From Candidatus Aenigmatarchaeota archaeon (GTDB lineage: Archaea > Aenigmatarchaeota > Aenigmatarchaeia > Aenigmatarchaeales > Aenigmatarchaeaceae), in assembly GCA_043814985.1 (NCBI GenBank), contig JBDRJK010000011.1:10710-74709 (forward strand): a stretch of DNA of 64,000 nucleotides, in the 5' to 3' direction. The notes under the pieces were generated by a model. That model did not search any database. It had not been told where the DNA came from and saw only the letters and a list, made by a program, of their open reading frames with translations. Every line of letters starts with the position of its first letter. Within the stretch, counting starts at the first letter, position 1. A program made the position numbers and the translations under genes. Below, one piece after another: positions 10,733 to 20,081 of the stretch.

Positions 10733-10768
10733 AACAATATATACGAATGTTCTTTAAATCAATTTAAC

Positions 10769-11407
10769 ATGAAACTGAAAGCAGTGTTTTTCGATGTTGA
10801 TGGGACAATAATACCACTGGATGTTGTGGTCAAGGCATTTAAAGAGACGAGCGAGCACTTCAACATCAAGCCACCAAAAGACAAAAAATTGTTGAAAGAC
10901 ATAAAAGGGCTAAAGCTTATCGAGGCCATAAGAAAAGCCATACCAGAGGCAAGGCCAATTGAAAAGGAGTTCGCGGCTTACTTTGAAAAAATCCAGATAA
11001 AGAATTTTAAAAAATATTCAAGACTTCTTCCTTACGTCAAGACAACTTTCAGAGAAATAAAGAAGAAAAAAATAAAGATTGGAATTGTTACAACAAAGTT
11101 GAGGAGCGAGGCATTGGCAGTTGTTAGAGGTTACAAACTGCCTTTTGATGTTTTGATAGGAAATGATGATGTCAAAAGAAGGAAGCCACATCCTGAACCA
11201 GTTTTCAAAGCTTGCAAGAAACTAAGAGTAAAACCACAGGAGTGTATTTTTGTCGGGGACACTGATTTCGACATGCAGGCTGCAAGGTCTGCTGGTTGCG
11301 TTGCTGTGGGCGTCCTGACTGGGCATGGAAAAAGGAACAATTTAAAAAAATCAGGCGCGAACTTTATTATAAAGGATTTAAGGGAATTGAGGAAGCTAAT
11401 AAAATAA
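10769..11407 (+). CDS. HAD-superfamily hydrolase (phosphoglycolate phosphatase-like)
   Basis: Motif I 'FFDVDGTI', motif IV 'VGDTDFDMQAA'; start placed at MKLKAVFFDVDG (ORF-track extension overlaps opposite-strand gene). Confidence 0.8.
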   Translation: MKLKAVFFDVDGTIIPLDVVVKAFKETSEHFNIKPPKDKKLLKDIKGLKLIEAIRKAIPEARPIEKEFAAYFEKIQIKNFKKYSRLLPYVKTTFREIKKKKIKIGIVTTKLRSEALAVVRGYKLPFDVLIGNDDVKRRKPHPEPVFKACKKLRVKPQECIFVGDTDFDMQAARSAGCVAVGVLTGHGKRNNLKKSGANFIIKDLRELRKLIK

Positions 11408-11408
11408 G

Positions 11409-12887
11409 GTGATAAAGTTCAAAAAATTTTACGTGACAACAGCAATAGATTATGTCAATGCAGAGATACATATAGGACACGCATATCAAAAGGTTGTGGC
11501 AGATGTTTTATCCAGATGGAACAAGATTCTAGGCAATCAAGTATTCTTTTCAACAGGGACTGATGAGCATGGTAAGAAAGTTTCTCTGTCAGCTCAGAAA
11601 GCCGGTAAATCTCCAAAAGAATTTGTTGATGAGATTTCAGAAAGGAACAAGCAGGCTTGGAAAGTTTTGAATGTAGATTATGACAGGTTCATAAGGACAA
11701 CAGATGAAGATCATAAGAAAACAGTTTTAGAGTTCATAGACAAGATAAACAAGAATGGTGACATATACAAGGGAAAATACACTGGTCGCTATTGTGTTGG
11801 TTGTGAAAGATACTACACTGAGACAGAAATGCCAGGAAAGGTGTGTTCAATACACAAGGAACCATTAGAGGTGATAAGTGAGGATACATACTTCTTCAGA
11901 CTAAGTAAATATCAAAAATTCCTTTTAGATTTGTATGAAAAAAATCCTGAATTCGTTCTGCCAGAAGAGAGAAGGAACGAGATGGTTAACAGGGTAAAGG
12001 AAGGTTTGAAAGATTTATGCATAACAAGAACATCATTTGATTGGGGTATACCCTTTCCCCTTGAAAAAGGTTATATAGTTTATGTTTGGTTTGATGCTTT
12101 GATTAATTATTATACTGCAGTTAAGGACAAAGATTTTTGGCCTGCTGATGTTCACTTGCTAGGAAAGGACAATGGATGGTTCCATGCTGTGATATGGCCT
12201 GCAATGCTCAAGTCAGCAGGCATTGAACTTCCCAAGACAGTTTTCATTCATGGTTTCTTAACATTCAACGGAAGCAAGATATCAAAATCTCTGGGAAATG
12301 CTATATCACCTGTTACATTGGCAGAGAAATATGACACAGATTCAATAAGGTATTTCCTAATGAGGGAGATTCCTTTCGGACAGGATGGAGATTTTTCAGA
12401 AGAATCCTTGGTGAGCAGGCATAACTCGGAATTAGCTGACACATTAGGAAATCTTGTTAACAGGGTTCTTGTTCTGGTTGAGAAAAACTTTGGTGGCATT
12501 GTTCCAAAGTCAGGAGAGAAGGACAAACTAGCAGAGCTGGCTATTGAGACTCCTGAGAAAGTAAAAGCTTCTATCGAAGATTATCAATTCCACAATGCTC
12601 TTAATGATATATGGCATCTTATTTCCGAAGCAAACAAGTATATCAACGAAAACAAGGTATGGGAAATAAAAGACAAGAAGAAATTAGGCGGGATTATGTA
12701 CAATCTTCTGGAGACCTTGAGGTTCGTGTCAATTCTGACATACCCATTTATTCCAGAAACTGCTGAGAAAATAAGTGAACAGATAGGTTTGGAGAAAAAT
12801 TTCTCTTATGATGATTTGAAATGGGGACTACTAAAAGAAGGAATAAAAATAAGAAGAGGAGAAGTCCTCTTCAAAAAAATAAAATAA
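11409..12887 (+). CDS. metG: methionyl-tRNA synthetase (short form)
   Basis: HIGH motif 'AEIHIGHAY', KMSKS 'KISKS', Zn knuckle 'CVGCERYY...C'. Confidence 0.85.
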   Translation: MIKFKKFYVTTAIDYVNAEIHIGHAYQKVVADVLSRWNKILGNQVFFSTGTDEHGKKVSLSAQKAGKSPKEFVDEISERNKQAWKVLNVDYDRFIRTTDEDHKKTVLEFIDKINKNGDIYKGKYTGRYCVGCERYYTETEMPGKVCSIHKEPLEVISEDTYFFRLSKYQKFLLDLYEKNPEFVLPEERRNEMVNRVKEGLKDLCITRTSFDWGIPFPLEKGYIVYVWFDALINYYTAVKDKDFWPADVHLLGKDNGWFHAVIWPAMLKSAGIELPKTVFIHGFLTFNGSKISKSLGNAISPVTLAEKYDTDSIRYFLMREIPFGQDGDFSEESLVSRHNSELADTLGNLVNRVLVLVEKNFGGIVPKSGEKDKLAELAIETPEKVKASIEDYQFHNALNDIWHLISEANKYINENKVWEIKDKKKLGGIMYNLLETLRFVSILTYPFIPETAEKISEQIGLEKNFSYDDLKWGLLKEGIKIRRGEVLFKKIK

Positions 12888-13229
12888 TCAAACTCTTGCC
12901 ACGTGTGCGAAAGATGGTGTTATAACAATCCAGTCTTCATCAATGCCTGCTATGTCACCATTGATTGCCATGCAAGTTTTTCTCAATTTGTCAATAGCTC
13001 TCTTGAGTTCCGATATGTCCTTGCCTCTTAGGGCCTTTATCTTGACGAGAACTATGTTTCCATTTCTAACTTGCTTCTGGATTCTGTCAGAGTCTGCGAA
13101 ATCCTCAATCTTGTCAACCTTTATTGATATTTTCCCTGCAGGTTTTTCCAATTCGCTTGTGTCAAGCTCGATGAATTCCTCTTCTCCCATTTCCTTAAAA
13201 CCCCTTCCAAAAAGCCTTTCTAAAACCAT
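12888..13229 (-). CDS. sepF: cell division protein SepF-like (DUF552)
   Basis: N-terminal amphipathic 'LERLFGRGF', acidic linker 'FIELD', C-terminal 'DIAGIDEDWIVITPS' SepF core pattern. Confidence 0.55.
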   Translation of the reverse strand: MVLERLFGRGFKEMGEEEFIELDTSELEKPAGKISIKVDKIEDFADSDRIQKQVRNGNIVLVKIKALRGKDISELKRAIDKLRKTCMAINGDIAGIDEDWIVITPSFAHVARV

Positions 13230-13285
13230 TCACATCTACCTCCAAAATTATTATAATCTTAATTTATGCCCCAACACATAAATAT

Positions 13286-13537
13286 CTATTTCTGCACGCT
13301 TTCCAGAGCCGAAACTATGTTCCATATCTGGGTTCTGGTGTACATTGGTATGTTAGGATCATTAGAAACCTCATCCATGCTCGAGATGACCGTATTCACC
13401 CTCACAGCCATGTCTTCCTTCTCATCTTTCAGAATGACTAAGGATTCGTCGCATTTTGCCCTGATATTTCTAGGCACAGTCCTGTCGTTAGCGACCTGTT
13501 GGATAAAATTGATAACTTCCTCGAACATGAAAAACAC
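13286..13537 (-). CDS. UPF0147 family protein
   Basis: 83 aa; 'VPRNIR...DPNIPMYTRTQIWNIVSALE' matches archaeal UPF0147 signature. Confidence 0.5.
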   Translation of the reverse strand: MFFMFEEVINFIQQVANDRTVPRNIRAKCDESLVILKDEKEDMAVRVNTVISSMDEVSNDPNIPMYTRTQIWNIVSALESVQK

Positions 13538-13597
13538 CTTACCGTGAACATGATACTAGAAATTATCTTGGTCTCAAGTGTTTAAATTGTTTACTGT

Positions 13598-13963
13598 TTA
13601 ACTAGCTGCCTTTTCTTCCTGGTCCTTGAGAACCTCTTCCAGCCTTTCCTGACCTTGGTCCATTCTTTCCTTGAGCCTGTTCTCCTGCTTCTGCATGCTC
13701 TTGAGCCTTAAGTCAATGGTCTCTTTCCTCTCTTCCAGCTCTTTCTCCAGCTTTCCTTTCTCAGATTTTATCAGAATAGGCCCTACAGCCTTGAAAACAT
13801 CCTCGTTTTTCACTTTCTTCAACTCATCCAAAGCCTTGTCAATCTCCATGTTCTGGATGTTCAGGCTTTCCTTCTGTATTAGAACAGTCTGCATTTGCTG
13901 TTGGCATGCCTGCAAGTCCATCAAGACCTGCTGGGCTTCTGCCGTTATTTTCATTCCTTCCAT
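13598..13963 (-). CDS. pfdB: prefoldin subunit beta
   Basis: 121 aa coiled-coil-beta hairpin-coiled coil; terminal member of conserved superoperon. Confidence 0.85.
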   Translation of the reverse strand: MEGMKITAEAQQVLMDLQACQQQMQTVLIQKESLNIQNMEIDKALDELKKVKNEDVFKAVGPILIKSEKGKLEKELEERKETIDLRLKSMQKQENRLKERMDQGQERLEEVLKDQEEKAAS

Positions 13964-14179
13964 TCAAATCTCATCCATACTTATTGCAGTCCTTATCAGC
14001 TTCATGTAAGAGTTTATCCCGGCCAACAGCCCTGTCATGTCCCCTGACTCTATTGTCAGCACGAGCTTGTCTTGCTTGCCCTCCAGCTTCACGTCGAACT
14101 TCTTGGCGTCAATGTCAGGGCTTATTGCTTTTATGGCTGTCTCAGGGTCCTTACAATCTATCTCTATTTCTGCTTTCAT
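13964..14179 (-). CDS. KEOPS subunit Pcc1-like small protein
   Basis: 71 aa; conserved position between rpoP and pfdB in archaeal superoperon. Confidence 0.45.
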   Translation of the reverse strand: MKAEIEIDCKDPETAIKAISPDIDAKKFDVKLEGKQDKLVLTIESGDMTGLLAGINSYMKLIRTAISMDEI

Positions 14180-14180
14180 C

Positions 14181-14315
14181 CTAATCTGCTTTAACTTTTA
14201 CCACAGTTTCAGAGGCTTCCTTTAATATTATCTTGTACCCACAATAGGGGCACCTTACCTTTTCCTTCACCTTTTTGGGGTCGACCTCTTTCCTGCACTT
14301 AAGACATTTATACAT
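14181..14315 (-). CDS. rpoP: DNA-directed RNA polymerase subunit P (Rpc10/RpoP), 44 aa
   Basis: Not in ORF track (<60 aa). Translation MYKCLKCRKEVDPKKVKEKVRCPYCGYKIILKEASETVVKVKAD with C-x2-C...C-x2-C zinc ribbon; 2 nt after rpl37ae stop, abuts pcc1 start. Confidence 0.8.
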   Translation of the reverse strand: MYKCLKCRKEVDPKKVKEKVRCPYCGYKIILKEASETVVKVKAD

Positions 14316-14532
14316 TTTTATCACTCTTTGGAAAGTAAGCGCCACCGGCAAACTTGGTTTTGCACTTCTTGCAATACCAGATGCCTGAGGCGATCCTTTT
14401 CAGCACTGACCTCTCGCAATAGGGGCAGGTCCTCTTTTCTCTTGCTTTCTTCTCTACTTTAGCAATTATTTTCTTACCCTTAGTTCCATATCTAACACCG
14501 TATCTGCCTGTGCTACCAACTTTTTTGGTCAC
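14308..14532 (-). CDS. rpl37ae: ribosomal protein L37ae
   Basis: 'RTCPYCERS...YCKKCK' C4 zinc ribbon; 74 aa. Confidence 0.9.
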   Translation of the reverse strand: MTKKVGSTGRYGVRYGTKGKKIIAKVEKKAREKRTCPYCERSVLKRIASGIWYCKKCKTKFAGGAYFPKSDKNV

Positions 14533-15308
14533 TTAATCAACTTTCTTAGTTCTTTGCCTTTTAAAATTGACAAGTCTGCTGCTTTTAAAACTTCCTCTGT
14601 GCTTAGATAACCTGTTCCGCCCTTCTGTATTGAGCAGATGTCGCCCTTCTTGTTGGTTGTTATTGTTATCCTTGCGTCGAGGTTCTCCTCTTCCTCCAGA
14701 TTGATGTCAACCAAGAGGCTGCTGTTTATCTTGGCAACAGTTATTGCTATTGGCACGTCTCTGACTGGAAGCTTGCCTGTCTTTTCCTCTTGTATTACCT
14801 TTTCCTTGTCGTACTTTGGCATCTCTGCTGTCATGAGGGCAGCTATTGCTCCCAGGGCTGCAGCGTCAATCAAGTTTCCATCATAGTCTAAAACATGTAT
14901 GTCAACATTGACCATCCACACCTTTTCCCCTGATTCTATGCACAGCTTATCCAGTTCAATGCACTTGCTCTCCCTTATGCCCCTGTCTGTCACCCTTGAC
15001 GCCTCTATTGACTCTTCTCTTGGTGGTCCTTCCTCAAAGTCCGGTGATGCAACAGGAGACAGCTCTGTGTTAACAATCAAAACTCCCTCGTCCGGAACAT
15101 CTGCAAATGGTGCGCCAACAGACATCTTGACACCGGCTAGAATATGGGTGTTCCCTATCTTGACTCTGGCAGATCCCTCAGCATTTTTCATGACATTGGT
15201 CTCTATGCTTATTGGTCTGAACTCCTCGAATTTCCTCTCGTCCAATCTAGAGTTCTTCTCTACCAGTTTCCTTATGTAGCTTTCATTCATCTTCAACATT
15301 GTTTTCAC
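14529..15308 (-). CDS. rrp42: exosome complex component Rrp42 (RNase PH-like, inactive)
   Basis: RNase PH fold pattern; operon position after rrp41. Confidence 0.85.
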   Translation of the reverse strand: MKTMLKMNESYIRKLVEKNSRLDERKFEEFRPISIETNVMKNAEGSARVKIGNTHILAGVKMSVGAPFADVPDEGVLIVNTELSPVASPDFEEGPPREESIEASRVTDRGIRESKCIELDKLCIESGEKVWMVNVDIHVLDYDGNLIDAAALGAIAALMTAEMPKYDKEKVIQEEKTGKLPVRDVPIAITVAKINSSLLVDINLEEEENLDARITITTNKKGDICSIQKGGTGYLSTEEVLKAADLSILKGKELRKLIK

Positions 15309-16035
15309 CTGTTTTGTATTTTTCTTTCAAGGCCTGCTTCTGCTTCTCAAATAAATCTGCACAACCTTTTCTCGCGTATCCCAGCATCTTCTTTAATTCG
15401 TCCTTTGTTATTATGCCGTCCATCTGTAACAAGACAACTTTGTCCTCGTTGCCTATCATTGCTACTGCCATGTCAACGTCTCCGTAGTTGTCCTCCAGTC
15501 CTGCGACATCCACTATAATCTCGCCGTCAAGCTTTCCAACGCTGCATGATGTTACCAGGTTCCTCATTGGTATGCCGGCGTCCGCCATAGCCATTGAGGC
15601 AGCATTCAAGCCTGCGCACCTTGTAGTGCCGTCTGCCTGAATAATCTCCACGTACACCTTTATCAGTGATTTGGGGTAGTCCTCGAAAAAAATAACATTC
15701 GACAAGGCTTCCCTCAATACCTTTGATATTTCAGTTCCTCTCCTGCTTCTGCCAGGCCTTATTCTCTCCTTTGTTGAGAACGGTGCCATTGCATATCTGC
15801 ATTTTATTACAGCCCTTTGTGGGTCTTCAATATGCCTCGGATGTACAACGCTTGGACCATACACTGCTGCCAATGCGCGTGTGTTGCCAAAATTAAAAGT
15901 GGCAGAGCCTTCAGCTCTCTTTATCAAGCCTACTTCCATGCTTGTTGGCCTGAAATCCTCAAGGCCTCTTCCATCAAGCCTCTTGCCCTTGTCAATCATG
16001 TTTTTTGGTTTACCTACTTTTGCCATATCATTCAC
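15283..16035 (-). CDS. rrp41: exosome complex exonuclease Rrp41 (RNase PH)
   Basis: 'RLDGRGLEDFRP...' RNase PH N-terminus; 250 aa. Confidence 0.9.
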   Translation of the reverse strand: MNDMAKVGKPKNMIDKGKRLDGRGLEDFRPTSMEVGLIKRAEGSATFNFGNTRALAAVYGPSVVHPRHIEDPQRAVIKCRYAMAPFSTKERIRPGRSRRGTEISKVLREALSNVIFFEDYPKSLIKVYVEIIQADGTTRCAGLNAASMAMADAGIPMRNLVTSCSVGKLDGEIIVDVAGLEDNYGDVDMAVAMIGNEDKVVLLQMDGIITKDELKKMLGYARKGCADLFEKQKQALKEKYKTGENNVEDE

Positions 16036-16720
16036 CTTTCTCCAATAACAGGGATATCTTGTCTGTCAAGCCTGTTGTATGCGAATCTCTCTCAATTGTC
16101 AAAACAGCCTTTGTTGCCAGAGCTTCATTGTCTCCCTTTATCCAGATTACGCCGTTCTGTCCAACAATTATCTGGCACTTGGTCTTGTCCTTTATCAGCT
16201 CTATCATTGAGCCAGCCTTTCCTATGACCCTTGGGACCTTTGAAGGCATGATTTTCAATAGTCTTCCGCCAATCAATTTCCTTGTCCTCTGGTCGTCCAT
16301 TGTTAATTGGACTCTTTTTGTCTTGGAGACACTTAAAACTTTTGAATATATCACGTCTCCTATGTCATAGTAAACTGAGATATCTGTTTTATTCAAGTCA
16401 ACGTATTCGCCGACAGCCTCTCCTAAAAGCAGTATTGCTGTGTATGGGGAGTTTATGTTGACAATCCACATTGTTGTCTGCATGTCCTCTACAAAACCAA
16501 TAACTCCGTCCCTTGGTTTGGGAATGTAAACTCCTGCAAGAGGAATGACACTTACAAACCTTTCCTTTACTCTTGATAAACCCAGAATTTTTGATTTTAT
16601 TTGATTCTCATCCCTGAAACTTCCTTGGGATGGGAGAAAATCTAGGCCTGTTGCCAGAGGTTCTCCAGGAATTACCAGTTGCCTTTCATTAACTAAAAGT
16701 TCAGATTTTACTTCATTCAT
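16028..16720 (-). CDS. rrp4: exosome complex component Rrp4 (S1 + KH)
   Basis: N-terminal domain, S1 and KH 'IGKAGSMIELIK'. Confidence 0.85.
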   Translation of the reverse strand: MNEVKSELLVNERQLVIPGEPLATGLDFLPSQGSFRDENQIKSKILGLSRVKERFVSVIPLAGVYIPKPRDGVIGFVEDMQTTMWIVNINSPYTAILLLGEAVGEYVDLNKTDISVYYDIGDVIYSKVLSVSKTKRVQLTMDDQRTRKLIGGRLLKIMPSKVPRVIGKAGSMIELIKDKTKCQIIVGQNGVIWIKGDNEALATKAVLTIERDSHTTGLTDKISLLLEKGE

Positions 16721-16722
16721 TT

Positions 16723-17430
16723 TTATTCACCTACTCTTTTTATTATTTTAACCTCAACCTGCCCGTGGGTCAGGTTGTTCAGTCTATCATAAACTTCCTG
16801 CTGGATGCCAGCAGGTATCTCTATCATTGACAAAAGGCTTCCGTCAGAAGCCCACTCTTCTTTTAATAGGGTACCGAAGCTTCTTAAAATATTACTAGAC
16901 TTGCCCGCGAACGAGGAGGGTATCCTGATTGCAAGCTGTATCCTCTCTATCTTTATCGGCATGATGCTTTGTATGCTGTTTATCACACGGTCAATCTGCT
17001 CCTCGACCCTCTTGTCCAGGTCAACCCTTACCTTTGCCTCGTCCATTGCCCTCAGTATCCTGTCTGCAGGATGAGGGAGGTTGTTCTGCGGGTTAACACT
17101 CCTCTTGGAAATAATGTTTGCAATTGCTTTTGTTTTCTCCTCAATCATCTGCCTTCTTTGGTCAGTTGTAAGCTGGACCTCGCCATCTTTTATTATTGTC
17201 TTTACAATAACTTTCATGTCATTGGTCCCGAAGACCTTGTTGATGTTTTCCTTAGATGCTCTAAGACCCTTTTTAGAATCCTCGTAAACCTCTTCAGAGG
17301 CAATTATATCATCTAGAGCAATATCTTTACCCATCCTAAGTTCCAGTGCTCTCTCAGGATCAACAAGTATTTCAAACTTTTCTCCTGATTTTGACAACCT
17401 GGCTATAACAGCCTTTTCTACAGAAATCAT
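16723..17430 (-). CDS. ribosome maturation protein SBDS/Sdo1
   Basis: 235 aa; SBDS N-terminal FYSH-like region and position in superoperon. Confidence 0.85.
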   Translation of the reverse strand: MISVEKAVIARLSKSGEKFEILVDPERALELRMGKDIALDDIIASEEVYEDSKKGLRASKENINKVFGTNDMKVIVKTIIKDGEVQLTTDQRRQMIEEKTKAIANIISKRSVNPQNNLPHPADRILRAMDEAKVRVDLDKRVEEQIDRVINSIQSIMPIKIERIQLAIRIPSSFAGKSSNILRSFGTLLKEEWASDGSLLSMIEIPAGIQQEVYDRLNNLTHGQVEVKIIKRVGE

Positions 17431-17456
17431 TTAACCAACTTTGTAAATTATTCATA

Positions 17457-18152
17457 CTACCAGTACTTTTTGATGAATTTTAATCCATCGTTACCATGAT
17501 ATTTTTTAAATCCCTTACCATTAATGACAGCCAGTTCAATCTCTTCAGGTTTTAATCCCTTTTCTCCTACTTTCAAGGCCTTCACACCGAGCTTGATTGC
17601 TTCTTCCTCGCTTAGGTTCTCCTTCCACTGCTTCTTCAAAAGCTTCATTGCTTCTGGCGCTCCCCTTCCTATTACCTGTGCCTTCCAGCCGTAATATGCT
17701 GATGAGGGATCTATCTCGAAAAGCTGCGGGCCTTTCTCGTCTATTCCTCCAAGCAAGAAGGCAACTCCGAAAGGCCTTACGCCTCCGTATTGTGTGTACA
17801 GTTGCATCTTGTCGGATAATTCCTTGACTGCTCCCATGACATTTAACGGCTCGTCATAAGTCAGCTTGTAAACCTGTGCTTTAACCCTTCCCATGTCAAT
17901 TAGGACTCTTCCGTCTGCCATGAATCCTGATATGGCAGCTCCCAGATGGTCGTCTATCTGATGGACTTTCTCTCCGCTGCCGTCAGGCACTGCCAGCTCC
18001 ATTATTGGCTTTGATGCAATTAGAACAACTCCATTGCCAAATATCAAGCCTATTGAAGTTGTTCCCCTTTTAACAGCTTCCCTTGCATACTCTACCTGGA
18101 ACAACCTTCCATCAGGAGAAAATGTTACTATTGCCCTATCATAACCCATCAT
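17457..18152 (-). CDS. psmA: proteasome subunit alpha
   Basis: 'YDRAIVTFSPDGRLFQVEYA' alpha-subunit N-terminus. Confidence 0.9.
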   Translation of the reverse strand: MMGYDRAIVTFSPDGRLFQVEYAREAVKRGTTSIGLIFGNGVVLIASKPIMELAVPDGSGEKVHQIDDHLGAAISGFMADGRVLIDMGRVKAQVYKLTYDEPLNVMGAVKELSDKMQLYTQYGGVRPFGVAFLLGGIDEKGPQLFEIDPSSAYYGWKAQVIGRGAPEAMKLLKKQWKENLSEEEAIKLGVKALKVGEKGLKPEEIELAVINGKGFKKYHGNDGLKFIKKYW

Positions 18153-18221
18153 TTCTGGTATAGCTTGTATAATATCACCTTAGATGTTATTACTTTACAA
18201 TTTCTAACTTTATAAAGATTT

Positions 18222-18527
18222 TCATATATCTGATAGTTCTTTTTCTAGACCGTCCAGATCGAACTTAGCTCTGTATTCTTCCCAGCCTCTGATAAATTCA
18301 GTCCCCTTTTCTTTAAGATAATATAAGCTTTTTGTGGGACCACTTCCTGTTTCATTTTTCTCTGGCTTCCTATAACCAATATATTGCTTTTCTTCTAGAA
18401 ATTCTAAATATTTTGTGATTTCACCGCCAGTGTTACTTTTTCTTGAAATTGCTGATTGGCTTTTTCCATTTGAATTCTTAAGAGAATTCAATACGTCTAT
18501 ACACATTTCAAATTTACGCCTCCTCAT
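18222..18527 (-). CDS. small winged-helix protein (paralog 1)
   Basis: 101 aa; shares 'M.ID.L.S...Y...T.KG.EF...W..Y' pattern with next gene. Confidence 0.4.
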   Translation of the reverse strand: MRRRKFEMCIDVLNSLKNSNGKSQSAISRKSNTGGEITKYLEFLEEKQYIGYRKPEKNETGSGPTKSLYYLKEKGTEFIRGWEEYRAKFDLDGLEKELSDI

Positions 18528-18801
18528 TATTATTACCTACAGACGATTCCAATTCTTCTGCAAATTTTTTATACTGTTTCCATTCACTGAGAAAATCCAA
18601 TCCATTATCAGTTATAGCATAATGGGTCCTTTTCCCCACGCCCTCTGTTGAAGCATGTCCTCTTCGGATAGCCACGCGCAAATATTTTTTGGCAGTTGTT
18701 ATATTCGCGTTTGAGGAATACATAATTTTAGTTACCCCTTTCTTACTCTTTTCAATTGAACCTAATATATCCATATACAATTGAATTCTATTTCTTTTCA
18801 T
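18514..18801 (-). CDS. small winged-helix protein (paralog 2)
   Basis: 95 aa; 'MDILGSIEK...KYLRVAIRRG...YAITDNGLDFLSEWKQYKKF'. Confidence 0.4.
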   Translation of the reverse strand: MKRNRIQLYMDILGSIEKSKKGVTKIMYSSNANITTAKKYLRVAIRRGHASTEGVGKRTHYAITDNGLDFLSEWKQYKKFAEELESSVGNNNEEA

Positions 18802-18849
18802 GAAAGCACTAAGAATAATAAAAAAATTAAAGATTTAAACCCCCGCGAA

Positions 18850-19257
18850 TCAAGACGTGAATTCTGTTAATCTTGTTTCACCGAAGAACTTCATCTTGGC
18901 TGCCTTGATTGTTCCCGAGACTCCCAGCACCTTGACAACAACCCTTGTGTCACCTATCCTTTCCATCAATGCCAATGAAGCCCTGATATGCTCCACAGTT
19001 AAGTGAGAACATCTTATCAGGCCCATCTGTTTCTTCTCATCATAAATATCCCTTGCAATCCAGATGTCAGCCTCGGAAGAGCCATGCTCTCCTAAAAAGT
19101 TCAGGATGGAATGCCATATGCTGTTGATAAGGTCCTGCAGCAATACCTTCTCTTCCGATATCACCTGATAGGCAATGTACCTTCTCCTTCCCCTCAGGCT
19201 CGGGGGCAGTGATTTCGGTCTTCTATCATCCATACTAATCAACCACCTCAACACCAT
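18850..19257 (-). CDS. rnp2: RNase P protein component 2 (Pop5)
   Basis: 'LPPSLRGRRRYIAYQVISE...VKVLGVSGTIKAAKMKF' matches archaeal Pop5. Confidence 0.8.
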   Translation of the reverse strand: MVLRWLISMDDRRPKSLPPSLRGRRRYIAYQVISEEKVLLQDLINSIWHSILNFLGEHGSSEADIWIARDIYDEKKQMGLIRCSHLTVEHIRASLALMERIGDTRVVVKVLGVSGTIKAAKMKFFGETRLTEFTS

Positions 19258-19921
19258 CTGTTATTTTTGTGCCTTCCAAAGTCTTCATGTTGTTTTGGAT
19301 GATTTCCTGCGGGACAGACGTTACTCCATGGAATGCCTTGCCCAAGTCCAGACCAAGGACATTTGCCATTGACACCAATTCCCTTGGTGCCCTCATGTCC
19401 CAGATGCTCTTGGCTCCTGAAGAGATTATGACCGGTGTCCTGTATTGGTTTGTCAGGTTGATGTTCTTTGTTATATGGTTGAGTATATATGACCTGGGCT
19501 TCCTGAAAGAGTAAAGAATCTCCCTGAAGTTTATCTGGATTGCCATGTTGTTCCTTGTGGCGCATGCCAAGCACACCTGATCCAAGCCGCTGTCTATTCT
19601 TCCCAACTCTGGGTGGGCAAGTATGTCCACCCTCGGGTCCTCGCATGCAGCCCTGTTAATATTATAGTTGCCTCCGGCGACAACAACAACCATGGCATTC
19701 TCCCTGGCCTTGGTTATCATTTCCTTTAGTTCGGGAACATTCTTTGCCTGTATGTAGGCCCCTGCATAGACTTCTGTATTAGTCTCAAGCTTGCTGATTG
19801 CTTCCTTTAGCTTGTCTATATTTTCCTTGTTCTCAAAGGTATCGCATATTGCTATTCCAGTGTATCCCAGCTTCTGCGCAAACTCGACTATCTCTTGTAG
19901 TGTATTATCACCGCTGGACAA
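19235..19921 (-). CDS. rnp3: RNase P protein component 3 (Rpp30, PHP/TIM-barrel)
   Basis: 228 aa; Rpp30-like; 23-nt overlap with rnp2; operon position. Confidence 0.75.
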   Translation of the reverse strand: MSSGDNTLQEIVEFAQKLGYTGIAICDTFENKENIDKLKEAISKLETNTEVYAGAYIQAKNVPELKEMITKARENAMVVVVAGGNYNINRAACEDPRVDILAHPELGRIDSGLDQVCLACATRNNMAIQINFREILYSFRKPRSYILNHITKNINLTNQYRTPVIISSGAKSIWDMRAPRELVSMANVLGLDLGKAFHGVTSVPQEIIQNNMKTLEGTKITDGVEVVD

Positions 19922-20081
19922 ATTGCTCTGGATGTGTAAGTCGTAAAATTTCGTTCAAATCACCTTTTTAGAATTTGCTTTTTAAGTTTAAAAAATAGGT
20001 TGGAAAAAAAGAATTGTCAATTTTAGTGTATATAATTCTATTACCTTTTTATACCTAGAATTTAAATAATTTTTAGATAGT

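Noticed and set aside
10532-10768. Upstream extension of the HAD hydrolase ORF and the 71-aa ORF 10542..10757
   Set aside because: They overlap the opposite-strand membrane hydrolase gene. The HAD motif I begins right after Met at 10769.
19248-19646. 132-aa minus ORF in alternative frame within rnp3
   Set aside because: Embedded entirely in the Rpp30 gene; Pro/Gly/His-rich translation typical of an off-frame artefact.
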